DNA of 24,049 nt from an uncultured Myxococcales bacterium (GTDB lineage Bacteria > Myxococcota > UBA4151). The stretch is from positions 1 through 24,049 of the forward strand of contig CAXGWI010000042.1 in assembly GCA_964013405.1 (NCBI GenBank), written 5' to 3'. The notes under the pieces were generated by a model, which was not told where the DNA came from, ran no database searches, and saw nothing but the letters and a program-made list of their open reading frames with translations. The position numbers were made by a program, and so were the translations under genes. Within the stretch, counting starts at the first letter, position 1. Each line of letters opens with the position of its first letter. This document shows positions 17,543 to 24,049 of this stretch, in pieces.

Positions 17543-18160
17543 ATGCGTAAGACGCTCATCGCTTTCTCTTTGATCTCCCTGACCGCATGCAGTGGCGGTG
17601 ACGATCGTTCCAAAAAACCTGCTGCCAACGCTCATGATCATTCGTCGGCTAAGGCCGCAGAGCCCGCGAAGAAGGCTGCTGCCGCCCCTGCACCTGAAAA
17701 GGCGGCCGAGGCACCCAAGCCGGCAGCGAAGGACACTCCTGCTGCCGAAGACAGTGCGGCGCCGGCGGTTGAGATCCCCGAGGGGGCGACTGTGGTGACC
17801 GTCAACGGGAACGACGCGATGCAGTTCGATACCAAGGAAATCCGGGTCAAAGCTGGAAGCAAAGTGGCCCTCACGCTGAACCACACAGGCAAGCTGCCCA
17901 AAACGAGCATGGGTCATAACTTGGTCATTCTGGCTGCAGGCACCGACCTGAGCACTTTTATCGCCGCTGCCGGTAGCGCTGTTGCCGAAGACTTTGTGCC
18001 CAAGAGTCAGGCTGCCTCGATCATTGTGGCAACCAAGCTGCTCGGTGGCGGTGAATCGGACACAGTGGTCTTTGATGCGCCCGCAGCGGGAACCTACGAG
18101 TTCCTGTGCAGTTTCCCCGGCCACTATGGCATCATGAAGGGCAAGTTCATCGTCGAGTAG
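17543..18160 (+). CDS. azu: Lipid-anchored azurin (type 1 blue copper protein)
   Basis: Lipobox LTA-C16; Ala/Pro/Lys linker; NDAMQFD, L.HTGKLPK.SMGHN; Cu ligands H125, C189, H194, M198 (FLCSFPGHYGIM). Confidence 0.93.
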   Translation: MRKTLIAFSLISLTACSGGDDRSKKPAANAHDHSSAKAAEPAKKAAAAPAPEKAAEAPKPAAKDTPAAEDSAAPAVEIPEGATVVTVNGNDAMQFDTKEIRVKAGSKVALTLNHTGKLPKTSMGHNLVILAAGTDLSTFIAAAGSAVAEDFVPKSQAASIIVATKLLGGGESDTVVFDAPAAGTYEFLCSFPGHYGIMKGKFIVE

Positions 18161-18172
18161 AACGACGATATC

Positions 18173-18685
18173 TTGTCCAAAGGGGTGAGGGGCGGGTGTG
18201 CGGTCGCGCTTGGGCTCGTGATCTTCAGCGCTTCGGCTTCAGCCTCTGCCCCCTTTGATGGCCGTTGGGCCCTCGACAGCAAGGCATCCCAACCCATGGA
18301 CGCCATCCTAACCTCCTTGGGCTACAACTGGTTCAGCCGGAAGGTCTTTGCCGGTTTGCATGTGGAGCAGTTCATCGAGGTGAAGCCGGGGAGCTTCTCG
18401 GTACGCGTCAAAACGCTGTTCTCGGACGACACGGTGGTGTTGCCGACCGATAAGCGCTGGGCTGTCGGGAAGAACCTCGATGGGGGGACCACCCAGCGGC
18501 GCAGTTATTGGCGCCACCCTGGCAGCCACCTCGTCACCGAAGACCGCTTCACGTCTGGGCACCTCATGATCACCGAACGGGTGCTCGTGAGCCCGGATCG
18601 TTTTGAAGAGCGCTTGCAGTTGAAGCAAGCCAACAAGCCCACCCTGCGAGGGCTGCGGCTCTTTCGCCGTCAATCAGCCCCCTAG
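18173..18685 (+). CDS. Secreted calycin / fatty-acid-binding-protein-like beta-barrel protein
   Basis: Signal peptide, then FDGRWAL (GxW), [16 protein letters not shown] helix pair, DG hairpin and terminal R.FRR strand. Start uncertain (TTG 18173 or GTG 18185). Confidence 0.6.
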   Translation: MSKGVRGGCAVALGLVIFSASASASAPFDGRWALDSKASQPMDAILTSLGYNWFSRKVFAGLHVEQFIEVKPGSFSVRVKTLFSDDTVVLPTDKRWAVGKNLDGGTTQRRSYWRHPGSHLVTEDRFTSGHLMITERVLVSPDRFEERLQLKQANKPTLRGLRLFRRQSAP

Positions 18686-18797
18686 GCGCCGGTAGCCCCA
18701 TCTCAGGCGGCAGCCGCCTGCTCCGAACCCAGTTATCGTCAGCAAGGCTTGATTCGAAAAGCAGGCTCTCGAGCATCTCTTCGAGGGATTTGAGTTG

Positions 18798-18821
18798 TTA
18801 TTGCGAACGCTTTCGCAATAA
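18798..18821. promoter_or_regulatory. Palindromic operator, candidate Zur/Fur-family site
   Basis: TTATTGCGAA-CGCT-TTCGCAATAA, perfect 10-bp arms ending 43 nt before the COG0523 ATG. Confidence 0.68.
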
Positions 18822-18864
18822 AGGCGTCCGGCACCGACCACGATTGGCCTTGAAAAGGAGCCCC

Positions 18865-20106
18865 ATGTCGCAGTCTCAACAAAGCACCTCGAAGCCCTCT
18901 CGACTTCCTGTCACCGTTCTATCTGGCTTTCTCGGCGCCGGAAAAACCACCCTTCTCAACCAGGTTCTCAACAACCGGGAGGGGCGGCGCGTTGCAGTGA
19001 TCGTGAACGACATGAGCGAAGTGAACATCGATGCAGAGCTCATTGATCGTGGCGGTGCTCAACTGAGCAGGACCGAAGAAAAATTAGTCGAGATGTCCAA
19101 TGGGTGCATCTGTTGTACGCTCCGTGATGATCTCCTCGACGAAGTCTCCCGTCTGGCCCAAGAGGGGCGCTTTGACTATCTGCTCATCGAATCCACGGGG
19201 ATCTCCGAGCCGATCCCCGTAGCCCAGACCTTCACCTTCGAAGATGAGAACGGGGTGAGTTTAGGGCAGGTCTCCCGCCTCGATACGATGGTGACAGTGG
19301 TTGATACCGCCAGCTTTCTGAAAGATTACCAGGAAGCCGACGCACTTCAGGAACGGGGTGAGTCGTTAGGTGAAGAGGATCACCGTACCGTCACGGATTT
19401 GCTCATCGACCAAATCGAATTCGCCGACGTGATCGTGCTCAACAAGCGTGATCTCGTGAGCAGCGACCAGGCCGGTGAGGTCGAGGCCATTGTGAAAGCC
19501 CTCAACCCGGGTGCGAAAATTCTCACGGCAAGCCATGGGCAAGTCCCGCTGGATGAGGTGCTCGATACGGGCCTATTCGATTATGACAAAGCCGAGAGTT
19601 CCGCAGGCTGGATCCGTGAACTGCAAGGGGAGCACACGCCGGAGACCGAGGAATACGGAATTTCTAGCTTCACCTATCGCACCTCCGAACCATTCGACGC
19701 AGAGAAGCTCTACGCGTTCCTTCATGAAGACGCTAACTGGCCAGGTGTTCTGCGCTCAAAAGGCTTCTTTTGGATCGCTGCAGATCATGCCGTCGCCTAC
19801 GAATGGGCCCAGGCTGGCGGCGTCAACTATGTCAACAACGCAGGCTGGTGGTGGGCTGCTGTTCCCCGTGAACACTGGGAACAGCCGGAAGGGCAGCGAC
19901 CTGACCAAAAACCCGACTGGCATCCTCGCTACGGGGACCGCATTCAACAGCTGGTGTTCATTGGTCAAAAGATGGACGAAGCTGCCATCCGATCTGGGCT
20001 CGATGCTTGTCTCCTTGAGCCGAAAATTGCTCACTCAGACAGTAAAACTTGGGCAGCGCTCAAGAATCCCTTCCCCCAAGCCGTGATCTCTGAAGCGTCT
20101 GCGTGA
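18865..20106 (+). CDS. zigA: COG0523 (CobW/YciC/ZigA-type) metallochaperone GTPase
   Basis: AAGGAG RBS then ATG 18865; [62 protein letters not shown]. Confidence 0.94.
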   Translation: MSQSQQSTSKPSRLPVTVLSGFLGAGKTTLLNQVLNNREGRRVAVIVNDMSEVNIDAELIDRGGAQLSRTEEKLVEMSNGCICCTLRDDLLDEVSRLAQEGRFDYLLIESTGISEPIPVAQTFTFEDENGVSLGQVSRLDTMVTVVDTASFLKDYQEADALQERGESLGEEDHRTVTDLLIDQIEFADVIVLNKRDLVSSDQAGEVEAIVKALNPGAKILTASHGQVPLDEVLDTGLFDYDKAESSAGWIRELQGEHTPETEEYGISSFTYRTSEPFDAEKLYAFLHEDANWPGVLRSKGFFWIAADHAVAYEWAQAGGVNYVNNAGWWWAAVPREHWEQPEGQRPDQKPDWHPRYGDRIQQLVFIGQKMDEAAIRSGLDACLLEPKIAHSDSKTWAALKNPFPQAVISEASA

Positions 20107-21338
20107 AACCGTCCGGAGCCCGCCCAGGGGGCGACACTCAGCCCATCGAGTGGGTCATCATCGGCGGTGGCATTCATGGTGTTCACCTCGCGGCACGCCT
20201 CCTCGGCGAGGCGGGGGTTCCGCCCGAGCGACTCCGCATCGTTGATCCAGGGGAGCGACTGCTCGAGCGCTGGCGTCATTGTACAGCAACGGTCGGCATG
20301 ACCCATTTACGTTCACCTTCGGTCCATCACCTCGACCTGGCCCCCTGGTCCCTTCAAGACGCTGCAGGCAAACGCAAACACCGCGATCGTGGTCTGTTCG
20401 CGCCCCCTTATGACCGGCCTGCGCTGGGATTTTTCAACGCGCACTGTGATCGAGTGGTCGAGGACTTCGGACTTGTTGATCTCCACGTACGGGCGCGAGC
20501 CACTGCCTGCTCCATCGACTGCGATGCTGTTCGGGTCCAGCTCTCAAATGATGAAGAGCTTGTGGCCGATAAGGTCGTTCTCGCTTTGGGGGCGAGCGAA
20601 CAGCCTGCCTGGCCGGAGTGGGCACCGAAGGGGACTGCTCGGGTGCATCATGTCTTCGAGGCGGGCTTCGATGCATGGCCCGCTTCTAAGGAAGCTGTGG
20701 TTGTCGTCGGGGGCGGGATCTCGGCTGGCCAATTAGCCCTCAAATTGATTGCCGGGGGGCATCACGTGCACCTCGTCTCCCGTCACGCCCTCAGGCAGCA
20801 CCAGTTTGACAGCGACCCTGGTTGGCTCGGCCCAAAATTCATGACCCGTTTCGACAAAGAGCCAGACCTTGATCGGCGGCGAGCACTGATCACCGAAGCG
20901 CGCCACCGGGGCTCTGTACCTCCTGATGTTCATCGTGCTCTTCGTCGTGCGATCAAACGAGAACAGCTTCGTTGGCATGAGGCAGTGGTCGCCGATCTAA
21001 AACAGACCGATGAGGGCCTGACGCTCCATCTCTCGACCGGTGAACCGATTCGCGCACATCGCTTGCTTCTTGCCACAGGCTTCACTTCATCCCGTCCCGG
21101 TGGCCCACTCGTCGATCAATTGGTCGCCTCTGAATCACTCTCCTGTGCGCAATGTGGCTATCCCGTCGTCGACAAAGCGCTCTCATGGCATCCGCGCATC
21201 TATGTTTCAGGGCCCCTCGCCGAGCTCGAATTAGGGCCAACATCCCGCAATATTCACGGGGCGCGAAGAGCGGGCGACCGACTGGTGAAAGTCGCGCGTG
21301 TTCCACAGGGCTCCGAAACGCTAAAAAGAGCTTCGTAG
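20103..21338 (+). CDS. FAD/NAD(P)-binding oxidoreductase (flavin monooxygenase-like architecture)
   Basis: [16 protein letters not shown], second Rossmann motif [37 protein letters not shown] overlap with the upstream gene. Confidence 0.9.
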   Translation: MKPSGARPGGDTQPIEWVIIGGGIHGVHLAARLLGEAGVPPERLRIVDPGERLLERWRHCTATVGMTHLRSPSVHHLDLAPWSLQDAAGKRKHRDRGLFAPPYDRPALGFFNAHCDRVVEDFGLVDLHVRARATACSIDCDAVRVQLSNDEELVADKVVLALGASEQPAWPEWAPKGTARVHHVFEAGFDAWPASKEAVVVVGGGISAGQLALKLIAGGHHVHLVSRHALRQHQFDSDPGWLGPKFMTRFDKEPDLDRRRALITEARHRGSVPPDVHRALRRAIKREQLRWHEAVVADLKQTDEGLTLHLSTGEPIRAHRLLLATGFTSSRPGGPLVDQLVASESLSCAQCGYPVVDKALSWHPRIYVSGPLAELELGPTSRNIHGARRAGDRLVKVARVPQGSETLKRAS

Positions 21339-21357
21339 CTTCCGCTCGTGCGGTCGA

Positions 21358-22719
21358 TCAGCGTATTTTGACTGTCGTGAGGCGAATACTGCCGGCGCCG
21401 CGACATGTGAAATCCGGGTGGCCGTAATCTCGTACACAATAAGCATGCCAACGGACTGAATGTTGGCCCGGTGGCAGTTCATGGCTGCCCTCCGTGACTC
21501 CGGTGCGCCCTTCACCAGTTTCCTGATCACAAGTCACCGCGACCCTTCCCGCCGGCGTCGAGTAACCATGGCGGTGGTCTGTGGAGAATTCACCTACCCA
21601 CTGGACTTCGTTGGCTGAATAATCCGGTGTCAGAGCAAGTGTTATTGTTCCGGTCTGAATGCTCTCACAATACCAAGCCTGAACGACATCGGTCTCACAG
21701 ATAGTGTGTGGCTGCCTTATGTGATGTTGCCAGGCAAGAAAGTCATAGGAAAACATGCGGCACAAAGATGTTGGCGTGTTGGGGCCAATGACTTCAAGCC
21801 AACCGCCGCCATCCGTGGTCATGTCACAATAGACGCGCTCCGAGGGCAGCGCTCCCGCCACCACCTCTTCGCCATCGAGCTGTTCAGGGCCATCGAAATC
21901 AACCCAATAGATCCCATCTTCCACAGTACCCGTCGCTTCTTTGATGTCTAGACAACTGGCGCCGGGCAGACTCTCGATTTGGCCGAGTGTATTGCAGGCC
22001 GTGGAGCAGCCATCGGTGTTGTCAAAGTCAGCATCGTCACAAAACTCGTAGCCGGGGGTGTTGCACGCACCGGCGATGCACGCTTCACCGAGCGGGCAGG
22101 GAACGTCCTCTTCGTCGCCGCAAGGATCCATCGAACCCAAGCGCAGATCGCTACGCACCACCCCGTCACCGCAAAAGGTCGCCGTACAGCTTGCGGTGCA
22201 GCCATCGGTCTCAAGCCCATTACCATCGTCGCAAGCCTCCGCTCCAAGGGTTCCCTCTGCGAGGTCATTACGGGTCACACCATCGCCACAGCGGGCATCG
22301 AGGCAATGATTTAAACAGGCATCGTCATCGGCTTCGTTGCCGTCATCGCAGGCCTCGTAGCCGGTGGTTAAACAGCGCCCATCGATGCATTGTTCAGTGG
22401 CCGCTTGGCAGAGGCCCAGATCCCCACCACAGGGTTCTTGGGAACCGGGTGCCAAGTCGGTGCGCCGGATGCCATCGCCACAGGATGCTCGGGCGCAGGA
22501 AGTGAGACAGGCATCGCTGTTGTCTTGATTGCCGTCGTCACAGCCCTCACCTGCTTGCACAAACCCGTCACCGCAGCGGGCGGGCTCACAGCGAGTCGTG
22601 CAGGCATCGTTGTTGTCTAAGTTGCCATCGTCGCAGGCCTCAAATTCGAGCGCATCGGCCGGAAGATCCTGTCGCAGCACGCCGTCACCGCAGCGGGCCA
22701 ACAAGCAGTTGTTGCCGCA
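21358..22719 (-). pseudogene. Probably 5'-truncated Cys-rich repeat (DUF4215-like) protein with fibrinogen-like YCDxxxxGGGW module
   Basis: Five CGDG..CDD repeats, then SCLDIK...DGIYWVD...VYCDMTTDGGGW. Recognisable sequence starts mid-repeat (CGNNCLLARCGDG) with no signal peptide; the open frame extends to ATG 22776. Confidence 0.65.
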
Positions 22720-22844
22720 TGGGAAATGGACGCTCGGAGCGGCTGTGGAAGTATGCCCATGGGCCCTTGGCAGCATTTGGAGGGCCGTCTAGACTAAGGT
22801 ACGGTCACGAGCCAACTCGTCAACATCGGGTCGAAGGAAGTGAT

Positions 22845-23477
22845 GTGCTAGTCATTCGCTGCGGGTCACTGTTCTTTTCGATCGCTGTTCTTGCATGCCA
22901 GGGATCGGACATGCAATCAGGGCAGCCGCCTGATGCAACAGATGAGCAAGCCAACAGCAAGCGGCAATACTATGGCGTCGACCTTCAACCCAAGGTCATC
23001 ATTGCGCCCGCAACCCAAGCGCATATGACAAAACACTCTTGGGCCATTGAAGCCTCATACACTTCTCGCGAGAAAGTGCTCGTGCTCGAATACGAGACGA
23101 AGGGTAACACGGACTGTCTTCCCCTTCGCATGATTGGATTTTCAGCAGACAATGCCTACGTCGGAATCACAGATTCAGACTTCGTCGCCCCAATGCTCCA
23201 AAGCCCCGTTGTGAAAAGCATCATCCAGGGCGACCGGTGGTACAAATACCCAGAAAAAAAAGTCACCACTGGGTTCTTCAATCGGTCCGACAGGAATAAC
23301 CCGAAGGGCATCGTTTACGTCGGTGGCTTCCGTAAGAACTTCCCAGATTTCCCGGCAGAAAGTTCCCAAGGCCAGAGAATGGTTAGCTTTTCAATCGGGG
23401 ATATTTTCTCGAGGCTGACCAAGACTTGGTACATCTGGTCGACGGATCCGGCCTGTCAGCCAGCCCCGAAAAAGTAG
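22845..23477 (+). CDS. Hypothetical lipoprotein
   Basis: GAAGGAAG RBS, GTG start, LFFSIAVLA-C lipobox; lower GC than the core genes. Confidence 0.65.
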   Translation: MLVIRCGSLFFSIAVLACQGSDMQSGQPPDATDEQANSKRQYYGVDLQPKVIIAPATQAHMTKHSWAIEASYTSREKVLVLEYETKGNTDCLPLRMIGFSADNAYVGITDSDFVAPMLQSPVVKSIIQGDRWYKYPEKKVTTGFFNRSDRNNPKGIVYVGGFRKNFPDFPAESSQGQRMVSFSIGDIFSRLTKTWYIWSTDPACQPAPKK

Positions 23478-23563
23478 CAGGTTCTAAAGGGCCGGCTAGA
23501 GCCTCCATCGTCGGCTCTCGTGGCTCCATCCCCCTCGGTTGACCTACCGGGCAACATCCTGCA

Positions 23564-23623
23564 GTCCTAAACCGTCGGGATTTTGTCCCGAGCCGGGGTT
23601 TCGATATGGCAGGGGGTTTAGAC
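23564..23623. terminator. Nested hairpin between convergent genes
   Basis: CTAAACC(23567-73)/GGTTTAG(23615-21) outer arms with inner TCGGGA-ttttg-TCCCGA. Confidence 0.3.
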
Positions 23624-23628
23624 CGGTC

Positions 23629-24021
23629 TCAGGCGGCCGTCTTCTGCTCCGCACCGAACACATCCGTCAGCAGGAGAATGGCGACAACCCAGCCGTTGGC
23701 TGCTTCGAACGCCGATTCGACGAAAACGACAAGTGGAGGCGAGGCCAAGGAATAGCCATCCCCAAAGGCCAACAGCCACATCAGCACGTAGACGAACAAA
23801 AACGGTGTAACCCAGAAGCGACGCAGGGTCAGGAGACCTATGCTGCAAACCAAGTAAGCGAGCAACACAACCAGCGAGAGGGCCGGGTGGTTAACGCCCG
23901 TGCTCATAGCCCACTCATTGTATCGCTCCACAGCAACCGGTTCGTTCGTCAACACGACCGCCAAAGCGATGAGAAGCACCAAGCTGGAGAGGCCAACAAT
24001 GATGCCTCCACGCAAAGCCAT
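23629..24021 (-). CDS. Small hypothetical membrane protein (about four hydrophobic segments)
   Basis: 130-aa hydrophobic ORF with GAGGG upstream of the ATG; the frame stays open to the window edge. Confidence 0.55.
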   Translation of the reverse strand: MALRGGIIVGLSSLVLLIALAVVLTNEPVAVERYNEWAMSTGVNHPALSLVVLLAYLVCSIGLLTLRRFWVTPFLFVYVLMWLLAFGDGYSLASPPLVVFVESAFEAANGWVVAILLLTDVFGAEQKTAA

Positions 24022-24049
24022 TTGTAAGCCCTCAGGCTTCGTTGGCTCC

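Noticed and set aside
18790..18864. ORF-track N-terminal extension of the GTPase (similarly 860, 2664, 7186, 9229, 14750, 22719)
   Set aside because: Downstream starts fit RBS, lipobox or translational coupling better; here the extension would run through the palindromic operator.
18865..20106. Cobalamin biosynthesis CobW with a B12 riboswitch
   Set aside because: No cob genes or riboswitch motifs; CICC and [10 protein letters not shown] motifs fit the YciC/ZigA-like subgroup better.

Overview
GC-rich bacterial DNA, most likely Myxococcota or a related deltaproteobacterial lineage. This is inferred from CGDG..CDDGN cysteine-rich repeats, 'DAG'-rich lipoprotein linkers and at least eight lipobox proteins. 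The left part (1-9028) holds lipoproteins, a DUF1295 protein, a DUF2177-HEAT fusion, a PRX-like thioredoxin, an unknown 518-aa membrane protein and two tandem Kazal-type lipoproteins. A tRNA-Thr(CGT) gene (9094-9169) with a hairpin is followed by a patchwork accessory region with no visible integrase. That region contains a low-GC ORFan, a TPR protein, two copies of an ~85-bp intergenic repeat and two inverted paralogous membrane-protein genes, one carrying a clean 79-aa FlgD-Ig insertion. Between the paralogues lie a lipid-anchored PETase/cutinase-like hydrolase, a secreted CIA30 protein and a Cys-rich lipoprotein plus collagen-fibre pair. Further right are a lipid-anchored azurin, an FABP-like secreted protein, a palindrome-preceded COG0523 (ZigA-like) GTPase plus flavoprotein pair, a 5'-truncated Cys-rich/fibrinogen-like gene and two ORFans. 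All family calls come from motif recognition by eye; no searches were run.
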